A stretch of 64,000 nt of DNA, taken from positions 55,676,001 through 55,740,000 of the forward strand of contig CM060731.1 in NCBI GenBank assembly GCA_030704615.1, in the 5' to 3' direction. Positions 37,499 through 50,130 of this stretch are shown here, piece by piece (the first letter of the stretch is position 1; every line of letters begins with the position of its first letter). The notes beneath the pieces are model-generated. The model was not told where the DNA came from and searched no databases. It saw only the letters and a program-made list of their open reading frames with translations. The position numbers and the translations under genes are program-made. Source of the stretch: Takakia lepidozioides. Its lineage: Eukaryota; Plantae; Bryophyta.

Positions 37499-39629
37499 AA
37501 TGCAGGGGAGTAACATTGAAAATTTTGTTGGGCATCAAATTACGGCATTGATGAAAAAGGGAGTGCCTGGTACTAATGTCGGGAGGGAATTACCCAGGCC
37601 TACAGGTAATTCCATGGGAACACTATGCTCTTGCTCTGCCAGGACAAAATATGGCTAAGTCATAACATGCGCATTTTTCATCCTTGGAATGAATGATTTT
37701 CGTCGCGTATGTTTAACCTAGAAACTCGAGCTGAGGAAAACGAGGAGGAAGACGACGGGCAACTCTTCACAGCTGCTGCCGTGGAGTTGTCAGGCAGGCT
37801 GGCTTGGGAACTTACACCTGCGCCATGTGAATCAGCTTGCCTTAAAGCGCGACGTTAAGGGATCTGCTTGGCATTTTGTGCAAGGAGAAGCGGTGCCTCT
37901 TTCTGCGTGGTAATAATCAATTTTGAAAGCTGAGCAGGTGCTAAGAGCGGTGCACTACCGCTGCCGCCATTGTCTTGAAGAGTACAGTTATGAGGAGATA
38001 GAGCGCAGCAACAGCTGTTGGGGAATGAGAAGTGCAGGCTGGTGTGATGCGACTCGGGTTATCTGTAATTAAGACTTGTAGTTACCTTCTGTCTTAGAGC
38101 TGTAGGAGCACATCAATCCTTAGGGCAGAAGTACACATGTAGAAGGATAGGGTAGAGGTTGGCAAGCACAAGGATGTTGCCAGCTGATGAAGCAAGCCGT
38201 CATGACATGATGAGAACTGGAATCAAGATGAGAAGAAGCGTTGAATATGGCTGATGACAGCGATGGTGAGGTGCCAGCTTAGCAGGCAGAACCACCGCTT
38301 CACACGAGTATAAGACAGATAAGTTCTAAGAGTGTTGGGTCTCTTTTTGGGCACTTAGGAATGACTTTGGAAGTTTTTGGAACTGTCTCTTGTATCTGCT
38401 GAAGGGGACAGAAATGTGAGGAGTAGAAAGGCCCTTTGAAAATGGAATGAAGACACTGGAATTCAAACCAGGATAGGGTGGAGATGGATGCACCTGTTGT
38501 TACACTGTCATTAAGAAAAAGAGAGAGGGACAAGGATAGCTCACATCAGGGTCAGAATGGTTGCTGTTGTTGTGTTCCTTTCTTTTTTTCAGTGTATTCA
38601 GGCACCATAAGCAAACCAGCCCTGGATGTTAAAACAGTGGAGCCAGTGTAGAACTAGCTTGGTGGATAAAGGAGAACAGGGATGGTCAGACAGAGACGGA
38701 TTTGAAGAACTGAGAGGGATGACGTGGATGGGGAAAAGTCAATACTGTTTTGGGGTTGTGGATCTGATTTATAGAAGTGTTCTCAACATGTGAATGACTG
38801 AGGTTTGCATTTGAGGAGAAAAGAGAGCTGTCAGGGTGTGTGATTTGAGATCTGTAGAAGGGTTGTGAAGCACCTTGGCCAAATAGGATCCACTTGGGGA
38901 AAGATAGTGCAAGGACCATTCACTGGAGAGAGAGAAAAAGAGAAAGACTGACAGAGGGGCAGATCATGTCTTGTAACCAAGGTTGACCTCAATGATGGAT
39001 GCACTGGATGCCTGGCTGGATGTGCACTTGCATTGCATCATAGCCATGCTGTTGTAAAAAAGTGAGGAATCCACACACCAAGGAAAAAGAGAGTGAGAGA
39101 AAGAAAAAGTGAAAAGGGAGAAAGGGTTGATGAGGGATGGACATCAGGAGAGGCAAGGTCAAGAAGACATGAACCCTGAATGATCAAACTAGTGGGCCTG
39201 CAGTTCATGGCAGATCTGAGCTGTCACCCACCTAGACCGTGATCTCATTACAAAAAGGGGCTTCCGACGTGTTGCAGACCAAGGGAACTGCCCACAAGGG
39301 CAGTGTTTATCACTGACATAGGGCTGATTGCATCACTGAATACATCGTGGCAGCATAGTTGGTGCTATACCTGCAGGTAGAGGATGTTGTGTAAAAGGTA
39401 GAACCAAGAGTGACACAATTTGACTCCCCATCCATGTCTTCTCTTCCGCTGCGGCGTGGATGAGGATTGCTTGAACTCTGATCACAAAGGAGCTGAGGGA
39501 AACCCACAGCCAAGTGACGACAGTTTGACAGAAAAGAAGAACCTTCTTTCTTTTGCTCCGCTTAGAATGGAAGGAAGCACAATTAGAATTATACAGAAGG
39601 GGATTCACGCCCCTTCTTTTCACACTACA

Positions 39630-42130
39630 ACCCTGGCCTGTTTCAGCCACGGACGTCCCAATAATAAGGAGTAAACCTCCATGACTTCATCCATTTTTAA
39701 TACAGTTACTGTGATCATAAAGATCATTTTCTGTATCTGTATCTTAACTCCTCTTATTAATCCCAATGGCTGTACACTTCTTTGATCTGCCATTGTTACT
39801 GTAAATGGGGCTGGTTTCATGTTACTTAGACCAAGCTTCTTCCTTAATTGGTCTGTCATGATATTTACTCCAGAACCACCATCTATCAGTACATCAGTTA
39901 GTTCTGTGCTTCCAATTCTCAATTGGATTACTGGCATAGAATCATCAAAGTCCATGACTGGTTCTCGCCCTTCCGGCTTCACATTATAACTGGTCACCTT
40001 GCTGTTCAGGTCTGTGTTTCCTGTCTCGGGCAATTCGATTGATTGCCTGATACAGCCTTGTGCCTACAATAAGGTGCCACAGCTAATAGCTGTCCAATGG
40101 AATTTCTGCTTTGGTCTGACATATTACTGCAGCCAAAGTCTCTTCATTACTTTGCATGTCTGCATCTTTTTTTTTCCTTTCTTCCTCACTCCCTTCTTTT
40201 TCTCCATCCGAATCAGAGGAATCTGCCACAGGAATATCAGTACTCTTTTGCATTTCCCTTATAGTATCTGCCACTTCCTTGTGCAGTTCCTTCTCATCTT
40301 TCCAAGTCTCTTCATCTTCAGGCACTTCCAGTCTCATCTTCTTCCTCTTCTGCTGGAGGTATTAGTTTGGCTTTACTTCTTGTTACTATCATTTTACTTA
40401 CTTCCGGTACAACCACATGGCCTAACCATGTGAGCTGCCACCACTGGGCCCTCATTCACAGGAGCTCTCATCTCATTCTGGTGTCTTATCCAGAATGAAC
40501 AGGCTGCCTTGCGATGTCCTGGCTGATTACAATAGTAACATAGCTCTTCACCATTGGGTCCTCGCCCTTGGTCTGTTCTTGGATTATTTCTATAATCCTG
40601 ATTCCCGGGCTGGTAATCCCCCCTTGGATTACCCTGATAGTTGCCTCTGGAATTTCCTTGGTAATTCCCTCTTGAATTACCTCTCCCTTCCATGCCATTG
40701 TTATAACCACCAGACCTACCATAGTGGTCCTGATCATTATTTTTTCTTGGCTGGGGCTGCACCTGATGCACCCTTACTTGCCTAGGTTCTCTTGCAGCTG
40801 TCCTTCTGTTGTAGTAACAATTCTCAGTAGAATGGTTATCCATTTTACAGATAGTACAGTGTTTCTCCTTCATGTGGCATTCTGTGGTGGTATGGCCTTC
40901 AGTCTGGCACTTTGCACACCATACACCCTTCCTCCAATGTGTTGCAGCCTCTGTGGCATACTTCTTCAAGATTTCTTCCAATTTTTTTTCATAGTTATCC
41001 CTCTTCAACTTCTCCTTCTCTACTCTTTCTTTTTAGTTCTTGCTCTTCTTCTTCATCTGACTCATCCTTAGAGTCCTCATCTTCTTTTTTCTCTCTCCTG
41101 AGCATTCCCAATTGCTCAATTCTGTTCGCAGTTTCAAATGCCTCCTCCACTGTATTATGGGGTAACATATCCACTTTCTTTTGCAACTCTGGTCTTAATC
41201 CACTCACAAACCAAGTCTTCTGTAAACCGGGCGCTGGTACTGCAGCCAGCTTTTTCATCATTAATTCCATCTTCTCCATATACTCTTCAACAGTTTCATG
41301 CTTCTTCTGCTTCAGCTGTTGTAAACTTCCATATACTTCATCCTCAGTTTACTTGTCCTGAACCTATTTCGAAATGCTGTATTCAAGCCATTCCAGGTTA
41401 GGAAATGATTATCAGGAATCTTGCATACCATTCACTTGCTTTCTTGATAAGTGAACAAGGAAACAGTCTCATCTTGGCATCATCGCCATTCTCATTGTTC
41501 ACTATACACATGTGCTCAAATTGGCTAATGTGTACATCGGGATCCCCTTTTCCTGAATATATTGGAAAGGGTGGTTTTGCCCGTGTTGGTTGTAACGCCA
41601 CTGTGGCCCTACCTTCTGCCCACTGACAGGTGCTAGCACCCTTGCTGGTGCTGGTCCTTCTGGACCTGTTTTTTTTGTGGTGGATCTTCCACCAAGTGGT
41701 GGCCCTTGAGCACTCCTTGCTTCTGGTCCCACGATATTCACAGTATTCCCAGCTTCAGTTGCACTACTTCCCCACTCCCTGTCCCCCCAGAGCCAGATCC
41801 AGGCAGCCCGCCTGATCCCCCTGAGCCGACACCTTCGTTGGCCTGTGATCCAAGTGCTCCACTTGATCCAGGTCCAACGGGTTGGGATTGTCCTGGTTGT
41901 AGTCTCAACCTCAGCTGTTGGGTCTACTTCTTCATATTCTTCCTCTTCTAATTTCTTCTCTCTGTTTTCATCCTCCAAGTTCTGCCCTTGGGTTTCTTCT
42001 TCACTCATGTAACTCAACTGTAATGGTGTTGGAGAGTCTGAACTCTCCGTTGGCTCTGCCACATCCTCTTCTCCTTCTTCATCTTCTGCTTCAGAAACTG
42101 GAGTTCTGCTTTTGGTGTTCCATGCCAACT
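39630..42130 (-). pseudogene. gag: gag-protease of family Y copy 3 (frameshifted)
   Basis: YSGKGDPDVHISQF; knuckles CAKCQTEGHTTTEC, CTICKMDNHSTENC, CYYCNQPGHRKAAC; protease VLIDGGSGVN..LLGRPWL. Confidence 0.88.
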
Positions 42131-45048
42131 CTTATCAAAGATTTCTGTCAAGTCTTTTATCCAAGGATGTACCTCAGATCTTTCACCTCGTGATTGATCT
42201 TCTTCCTGTACCAATTCCCTTAATCTTTCTTGCAAAGAAACAGAAGGAGTGGCATCCAACTCTAGTTCTTCCGGTATAGGTGAACTTTTTGATCTTGATG
42301 GGTGAGAGGTCCAGATGATTCCCCTATGTCTATTCCTCTCTCCCAAAGATATGGATAATTAGCTTTCAGATAGCTTTCTCTTTTTGATGAATATCTCTGT
42401 CGTCTAGCTTCTCTTTCATCACTTATGTCCCATGTCTTTCATTTCTTTTAATGTGGCAATAACCAAAACTCTCTTCTGTAATATCTCTCGTATATGCCTG
42501 GGTTTCTTTCAAGCTTCAATGCACCCTTGGCTATACTTGAAGTCTCCGTTACCATATAACCATATGGCAAACAAGTCTGAAAAGCTGTTCTTGGTGTGAG
42601 TTTGATCCACAAAATATCCTTTGGAATCCAATTCTTTACCAGTACAAGCTCTTCATGCATATGAGTATAAACATTCACCTTTCTTTCTTCCCAGCCTTCA
42701 AACTCTACTCGTTTAATGGATAGCAACGCTATCACATAAACCAATGTTGGGAACCAACGTGCTCTTCCTCTACAGGCTACCTGATAAATCTTTATCACTC
42801 CTTTCTCCAGACCCCTGTAGTGTGAATGCAGGGGAGTGACATTACATTTTGGCTTCACCGTTAAGACCCTGCATCACTATAATGGGAGGGCCCTCATACC
42901 AACTGCAAGAGGGATATATCCCTCCATACAGGTAATTTTGTGGGCATACTGTACTCATGCGTTGCCAAAATAAAAATGGCTAAGTCGTGACCATGCATTT
43001 TTCATCCATGCGATGAACGTTTTCGTCATTGATGCTCAACCTAAAATCCGCGAGGAAGAAAAAACGAAGAGGAAGGTGACGGGCGATTCGTAGCAGCTGC
43101 CGCGAGCTGTGGTGTTGACAGGGCAGTCTGTGTTGAGAGGTTGTACCTGCGCTGTGGGACTTCGCTTGGTTTAGAGGGCAGCATTAAGTGCCTCTGCTTG
43201 GTATTCTGTGTAAAGGGAAGCGGTGCCGTCTTTCTCGTTGTGATGATCAATTCATGGAGATAGGAGCATGTAAGGAGAGCGGCGCACCACCGCTGCCGCC
43301 ACTGTCTTGAAGATGACAGTTATGGGCAGATGAGCAAGCAAGGAGAACGGCCACCTGCCAGAAGCACAAGGAAGAGAATCTGAGCACAATCAATGGAGGT
43401 GATAAGGCATGTGGAGTGCTGGCTGGATGGCAACACAGGTTATCTGTAATCAGGCTTCTAGCTGCCTTTTTGTCTTCTTGCTATAGGTCCATTTCAGTTC
43501 TTAAAGAGCTACATGCATAGAAGAATAGAGCAATTTAGTTGGCAAACCACAGGATGCTCCATAGGATGATGAGGAGACATCATGGCATGATAAACTCTGG
43601 AATCAAGACAAGGAGAAAAGGTTGTGGTGGCTGCTGACAGGCGATGGTGAGGTGCCATCTCGGCAGGCTGACCCACCGCTTCACTGGAGGATAAAAACAG
43701 ATAAGTTGGTAGACTGTGGGCTTCTTCTTTGGGGTGGACTTAGAAATCGCTTTTGGTAGATTTAGGACTGCCCTGGTTGTTGAAAGGAAAGGGTGGAGAC
43801 ATGTGATAGAGGAAAGGTTTTTGGAAATGGAATGGAGACTCTGGACTTCAAACCAGAACATGGAAGGAATGGATACACCTGCCGTCGTAGTGTCAGTAAG
43901 AAAAATGAGTGAAGAGAGAGAGAGAGAGACTGTTGTCACAGAAAACAGAATGGTCACTGTTGTCTTCATTCTTGTTCTTGTTTCAGTGTTGTAAACCTGC
44001 ACACAATGCTGCGGGGGGGGGTAGTGATACACTGGACCCAATGTAGATATAGCTTGTTTGCTTGGAGAGATAACTGAGGGTTAGCTGGAACTGTATGAAA
44101 ACACAAAAGGGATAAGGTGTGATTTCAGCATTGTATCAGGATATGAACGACTTAAGCCCTTTTGTTGAAAGGAAAAGAGAGATGTTGGGTATTCAGGTTG
44201 AATCTGAAGAAGGGATGAGAGCTGTTTTGGGAAATGGGATCTTTTAAAAGAAAGGGGTAGTGTGAAGGGTTGAGTATTGACGGAGAGAAGAGAGAGAGAG
44301 AGAGATAGAGAGACTGATGAAAGGGATGGTTTTGCCTTGTGAGACCAAGGATGACTTCATGGCTGGCTGCACTGGATGCCTGGCGGAGTGTGCATTTGCA
44401 TTACGTGATAGATGGGCTGTATGTGAAGAAGTAAGGAGCCTGTAGACATAGACAGAGATAGAGAAACAGACGAGAAAAGGAAAAGAGAGAGAGGAGAGAG
44501 AGAGAGAGAGTGAGAGTGCTGCTCAGCAAAAAGGGTTGATGGGGGGATGGCCAACTTGGGGAGATTGAGATGAAGAAAGCATGAATCCTGAAGGAAAACC
44601 AGTGCCCCTGCAGTTTATGAAGATCTGAGCTGTCTCCCTCTAAATCTGTGTCACCATTACAAAAAGGGATTTCCGACATGTCACTGCTCAAGGGGGTTCA
44701 CATTAAGGGTCGTATTCACCGCTGCCATTGGGCTGCTTGCATCACATAAAAGATCACGCCAACACTGTTGGCGCAGTGAGCATAGGGCCAGGCTGTTGCA
44801 TAGAAGTAGAACCGAGGGCAAGAACAAACCAAAGACTCCCATCCATGTCTTCTCTTCCGCTGCGGCGTGGATGAGGATTCCGCAAACTCTGATCACGAAC
44901 GAACCTGAAGGAAAAACCCATATAGCCTCATGACGATGGTTGGACAGAAAAGAGAACGCTCCTTTCCTTTGCCCTGATACTTCAACAGGGACGAGTAGGA
45001 GGAGTACAGATTTAGGATTAACCAGAAGGGGATTCACGCCCCTTCTTT

Positions 45049-45060
45049 TGGTATCAGAGC
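45049..45060 (+). promoter_or_regulatory. PBS tRNA-iMet of element C
   Basis: TGGTATCAGAGC. Confidence 0.9.
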
Positions 45061-45117
45061 AGGCCGGTCTTTGATCCGGGAAATGTAGGATTTAGTGTAG
45101 CAAGATAGGAGAGTGAT

Positions 45118-48100
45118 TTGCGAGCAATGGTGACTAACATTCCATTTTACGGAAAGAAGGATGAGGATGTTTGCAGCTGGATCCAGAATCTGAAAAGGGA
45201 TGGTGAGAGGAGGAGCTTTGACGAGCACAAGTTATTTATATCGGCAAGGCTGAATCTCAAGGCACGGGCTGACACTTGGCATCGAATGCAAAAACCAAGG
45301 TCCATGAACTGGCATGATTTTCAAGTAGCCATAATCTTGAAATTTGGAGGAGAAGATCAATCAAGTAAGAATGAAGTGATGTTAGCAAGGAAGTTTGATG
45401 AGATAGATACCAATGTGGAAGAGTCTGTTACAGGGATGGAAGAGAAATTATCTCTGATTGAGAAGGATAAGCACAACAGGTTCACACCTGTGAGTTCTAT
45501 TGATCATAAACCTATACCAGATCACAAAACAATGTCACGGAGGTGCTTTAGGGAGAAGAACCACACCAGTGAAGTCCCTGCAATGCTTCCTCGAGTTCTC
45601 AACTTGAACAAAACAAGGCAGCAAGTAGAGTGTTGCACTGCATGTCCATCAAGACAGAATCAGATCCGAAGTGAAAAGAATCACCGGCTGGGGCTGCAAA
45701 TGGGAACATGTGGAATGCAAGATTCAGGCTGTGAAATGTTGGAACAATGGGAGTCGAAGAGCAGCAGAAGGATGGAATTCGAATGTGTAAGCTCTCTTGG
45801 CACAAACGTTGTGAATGTGTTTTGTGATGTGGAAGAAGAGATCTTGGAAGATATCTTTTGTTCAACAGAGAGTCAATCAGGTGTCAATGAAGAGAGTGCA
45901 CCGAGGTTGCAAGTTCCTGTGCAGATCCTAAGGTCTTCTACAAAGGCACATGTAGATCAAGACATGCTTGGGGAGTATGGGCATAGTGTTGCCAACTCAC
46001 CAAGGATTAGTGGTACAACCTGTGAAGTGAGTGTCTTGAGAGACGAAGATGACAAGGAGTCTTGGGCAGATCTGATGGGATGGGTAGAGGAAGAGTGTAC
46101 ATTGCTCGCTCAAACGAGAAAGGGTCTGGATCAAGATGCACCTCTGGAATCAGACATAAAGGATGCACAGTTGGAGATAGAGCAAGACATGCGGAAAAAA
46201 TGTGGAACCAAGCAAGAGTTAGAAGCAAGGGATGATTGTCTTGATCATGATACCGCCACCACACCAATATACAGAAATCTTGATGTCATCAACGACAACG
46301 TGCAAGGGTTGTGTGGTCAAAATTTATTGAGTGAAGAAGAGTTCAGAAGTAGGAAGTTTCAGTTGGACGACCAATGCTATGTAGATGGGCAGGTCACTGC
46401 CTTTTGTTCATCCAAGAAGGGTCATATGGAGTGTAAAGAAAGACACACATGTGGACACCAATTGGGAATGGGAGGAGTGAGATGTGCGCAATGCAAGACA
46501 AAGGAGGACAATGAACCTGAATACAAAAGGAGTTCGGAACACTCAAGTAAAGGAGGACATACGACCAATATAGCACATGAGAAGGATGACAAGGAAGATG
46601 GTATGTCTAAGTGGATGTTGGTTGAGTGCACAAGAGACATCAGCTTGCATGACAACTTGGGATCAGATGTGAGTCCGCTGAAATCACCAGTTCGTGCCAA
46701 AAGCCAGAGTGTCTCTCCAGCCCTTGAAACTGTAGATGTTGATACAAGGAAACTTGAATTCCCACCCACAAAACAAAGGATGGGAGATTTGAGTACCGTT
46801 CACAAGAAAGATTTGAAATCTTCTCACGGTTCAACACTCTTGTTGTGGAAAATGGGGAAACTAGCAGCAAAGTTTGACTCTCTTAGAGAGATGCATCTTG
46901 GGATGGAGAGGATGCATAGGGATCAGAAAGAGAAGGTTGGCCTTTCTGCTGAGAAGACCCTGGTTGACCTGATAACGTTCAGAGGTCAGCCAATGAACTA
47001 TGCCCAACAAAGGGTATGGGATCCGGGTACACGAGGACATCTGAGAATGCTCAGTGCAAGCTCAAGCATTAAAGTGAAGGAGCTGCATGTCTTGTATGGG
47101 AGGCAGCTCATGGCAGATGCTGGAGATGAAGGAGAGAAGCCCAAACAGGTGACGTTCCTGTGTGTGTTGAATGCATGTGCGAACCTGGCAGACCGGGTAA
47201 AAGGCGAAGAGGTCCATGGTGACAGTATCAAATCTGGTATTGCACCAGATATCATTATGGAGACTGCCATTGTTGACAGGTATGCCAAACGTGGGAGCAT
47301 GAATGCACAACATGTGTGTGACAATATGTCTCACAGAAAAGTGGGGCCATGGAGAGTAATGATTGCAGGTTATGCCCAGCATGGCTCTGAAGCACAGACC
47401 CTGCAACTGTTTGAACAAATGGAGCAGGAAGGTATGCCACCCAATCTGCTCTCATGGAGTGCAATGATTTCAGGATATGCCCAGCATGGTTGTGAAATTC
47501 AGGCTCAGGAGATGGATGGGCAGTTGATGTGGGAGGCTATGAAGCCTACCCATGTCACGATCACTTCTACTTGCAAGGCATACACCAGCCCTGAATCTCT
47601 TAAAGAGGGCAGGCTGGTTGAAAGGGAAGAAGGAAGGCATGGTAACCAAAGGGTTGCCCATGACTTGCCACCAACAATGCAAATGAAATTGCAGCCTGCT
47701 GTTGAGGACAACCTGCATGCAGGAAATGAGGCAGTACGAAAGGTGCAAGTGTCGATGGGAGCACAAGTGGTAGCTGAGATTCAAAACAAGGAGCCAGGGA
47801 GCAACATCAAAATTGGGAAACGCTGGTTTGTATGGGAAGGAGATCAGGACCTGCCTGGCATGAACTACAAGAAGAGGAAGAAGGCATTGTCACAAATTGG
47901 ACTTGCTCTGGCCGGCGGAACAAATGGACAGCCGGGACACTGTCACTTAAATAAGAGAGGCTGGACGACGATGCAAGCTCAGGGATGGAGCACGAAAACT
48001 GTGGCCAGGGAAGAAGGCCATGAAATTGGCATGATGAGTTGCATGGAAACCAGGTGGTGGTGTCAGTTTGAGAACAACCCTGCTCGCACCAGCCAGACAG

Positions 48101-48402
48101 AAGTGGCCATGAAGATTATGAGCAGAGAGGGGTTTCCCTTTGCTGAAGGCCAAGGCATGACAATCAAAAACAATATTATGAACGGACCTCTCCAAGATAT
48201 CTGGAGCAGAAACAGAAGGGGAATTAACACAATGTACCTGTTGGGAGTACCTTATGATCCTGGAAGGGAAGCTGCACGCAAATGCAGGCTAAGAGATGGG
48301 GCAAACAAGGAATGGGTAAGAAGTAGGCGAGATTTGAAACCATTCATACCACCAGTGGGTGGTCAGCCAGTGAAGGTGGTCAGTGAGGACCCTGACACTT
48401 AA
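45118..48402 (+). CDS. Uninterrupted 1094-aa chimeric ORF: gag N-terminus, unknown region, PPR fragment, integrase tail
   Basis: A single open frame fills the whole internal region between PBS and PPT; PPR motifs at ~47130-47610. Confidence 0.75.
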   Translation: MRAMVTNIPFYGKKDEDVCSWIQNLKRDGERRSFDEHKLFISARLNLKARADTWHRMQKPRSMNWHDFQVAIILKFGGEDQSSKNEVMLARKFDEIDTNVEESVTGMEEKLSLIEKDKHNRFTPVSSIDHKPIPDHKTMSRRCFREKNHTSEVPAMLPRVLNLNKTRQQVECCTACPSRQNQIRSEKNHRLGLQMGTCGMQDSGCEMLEQWESKSSRRMEFECVSSLGTNVVNVFCDVEEEILEDIFCSTESQSGVNEESAPRLQVPVQILRSSTKAHVDQDMLGEYGHSVANSPRISGTTCEVSVLRDEDDKESWADLMGWVEEECTLLAQTRKGLDQDAPLESDIKDAQLEIEQDMRKKCGTKQELEARDDCLDHDTATTPIYRNLDVINDNVQGLCGQNLLSEEEFRSRKFQLDDQCYVDGQVTAFCSSKKGHMECKERHTCGHQLGMGGVRCAQCKTKEDNEPEYKRSSEHSSKGGHTTNIAHEKDDKEDGMSKWMLVECTRDISLHDNLGSDVSPLKSPVRAKSQSVSPALETVDVDTRKLEFPPTKQRMGDLSTVHKKDLKSSHGSTLLLWKMGKLAAKFDSLREMHLGMERMHRDQKEKVGLSAEKTLVDLITFRGQPMNYAQQRVWDPGTRGHLRMLSASSSIKVKELHVLYGRQLMADAGDEGEKPKQVTFLCVLNACANLADRVKGEEVHGDSIKSGIAPDIIMETAIVDRYAKRGSMNAQHVCDNMSHRKVGPWRVMIAGYAQHGSEAQTLQLFEQMEQEGMPPNLLSWSAMISGYAQHGCEIQAQEMDGQLMWEAMKPTHVTITSTCKAYTSPESLKEGRLVEREEGRHGNQRVAHDLPPTMQMKLQPAVEDNLHAGNEAVRKVQVSMGAQVVAEIQNKEPGSNIKIGKRWFVWEGDQDLPGMNYKKRKKALSQIGLALAGGTNGQPGHCHLNKRGWTTMQAQGWSTKTVAREEGHEIGMMSCMETRWWCQFENNPARTSQTEVAMKIMSREGFPFAEGQGMTIKNNIMNGPLQDIWSRNRRGINTMYLLGVPYDPGREAARKCRLRDGANKEWVRSRRDLKPFIPPVGGQPVKVVSEDPDT

Positions 48403-50086
48403 AAAGGGAGACACACTACATATGTAGTGTGAATGCAGGGGAGTGACATTACATTTTGGCTTCACCGTTAAGACCCTGCATCACTATAATGGGAGGGCCC
48501 TCATACCAACTGCAAGAGGGATATATCCCTCCATACAGGTAATTTTGTGGGCATACTGTACTCATGCGTTGCCAAAATAAAAATGGCTAAGTCGTGACCA
48601 TGCATTTTTCATCCATGCGATGAACGTTTTCGTCATTGATGCTCAACCTAAAATCCGCGAGGAAGAAAAAACGAAGAGGAAGGTGACGGGCGATTCGTAG
48701 CAGCTGCCGCGAGCTGTGGTGTTGACAGGGCAGTCTGTGTTGAGAGGTTGTACCTGCGCTGTGGGACTTCGCTTGGTTTAGAGGGCAGCATTAAGTGCCT
48801 CTGCTTGGTATTCTGTGTAAAGGGAAGCGGTGCCGTCTTTCTCGTTGTGATGATCAATTCATGGAGATAGGAGCATGTAAGGAGAGCGGCGCACCACCGC
48901 TGCCGCCACTGTCTTGAAGATGACAGTTATGGGCAGATGAGCAAGCAAGGAGAACGGCCACCTGCCAGAAGCACAAGGAAGAGAATCTGAGCACAATCAA
49001 TGGAGGTGATAAGGCATGTGGAGTGCTGGCTGGATGGCAACACAGGTTATCTGTAATCAGGCTTCTAGCTGCCTTTTTGTCTTCTTGCTATAGGTCCATT
49101 TCAGTTCTTAAAGAGCTACATGCATAGAAGAATAGAGCAATTTAGTTGGCAAACCACAGGATGCTCCATAGGATGATGAGGAGACATCATGGCATGATAA
49201 ACTCTGGAATCAAGACAAGGAGAAAAGGTTGTGGTGGCTGCTGACAGGCGATGGTGAGGTGCCATCTCGGCAGGCTGACCCACCGCTTCACTGGAGGATA
49301 AAAACAGATAAGTTGGTAGACTGTGGGCTTCTTCTTTGGGGTGGACTTAGAAATCGCTTTTGGTAGATTTAGGACTGCCCTGGTTGTTGAAAGGAAAGGG
49401 TGGAGACATGTGATAGAGGAAAGGTTTTTGGAAATGGAATGGAGACTCTGGACTTCAAACCAGAACATGGAAGGAATGGATACACCTGCCGTCGTAGTGT
49501 CAGTAAGAAAAATGAGTGAAGAGAGAGAGAGAGAGACTGTTGTCACAGAAAACAGAATGGTCACTGTTGTCTTCATTCTTGTTCTTGTTTCAGTGTTGTA
49601 AACCTGCACACAATGCTGCGGGGGGGGTAGTGATACACTGGACCCAATGTAGATATAGCTTGTTTGCTTGGAGAGATAACTGAGGGTTAGCTGGAACTGT
49701 ATGAAAACACAAAAGGGATAAGGTGTGATTTCAGCATTGTATCAGGATATGAACGACTTAAGCCCTTTTGTTGAAAGGAAAAGAGAGATGTTGGGTATTC
49801 AGGTTGAATCTGAAGAAGGGATGAGAGCTGTTTTGGGAAATGGGATCTTTTAAAAGAAAGGGGTAGTGTGAAGGGTTGAGTATTGACGGAGAGAAGAGAG
49901 AGAGAGAGAGATAGAGAGACTGATGAAAGGGATGGTTTTGCCTTGTGAGACCAAGGATGACTTCATGGCTGGCTGCACTGGATGCCTGGCGGAGTGTGCA
50001 TTTGCATTACGTGATAGATGGGCTGTATGTGAAGAAGTAAGGAGCCTGTAGACATAGACAGAGATAGAGAAACAGACGAGAAAAGG

Positions 50087-50130
<44 letters not shown>

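Larger units (their letters stand above)
31741..39629 (+). mobile_element. Family X element B, non-autonomous, PPR-carrying; 4-bp TSD ACCC
   Basis: LTRs 31741-33880 and 37490-39629 are very similar to those of A. PBS 33881-33892, PPT 37468-37478, ACCC on both flanks, no RT/RH/INT core. Confidence 0.93.
22775..42815 (-). mobile_element. Ty3/gypsy family Y copy 3 (most complete copy: gag, PR, RT, RH, INT, extension ORF, 3' LTR); interrupted by B; 5' LTR missing
   Basis: Collinear domains; the protease C-terminus LLGRPWLKQARV|FHDW is split exactly by element B. Confidence 0.92.

Noticed and set aside
47130-47610. Functional host PPR editing-factor gene
   Set aside because: Only a few degenerate motifs, no E/DYW domain or transit peptide, and it lies inside LTR elements.
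50080-50130. (GA)n microsatellite as an independent feature
   Set aside because: It is part of the C-type LTR; the length difference from the 5' LTR is ordinary slippage.
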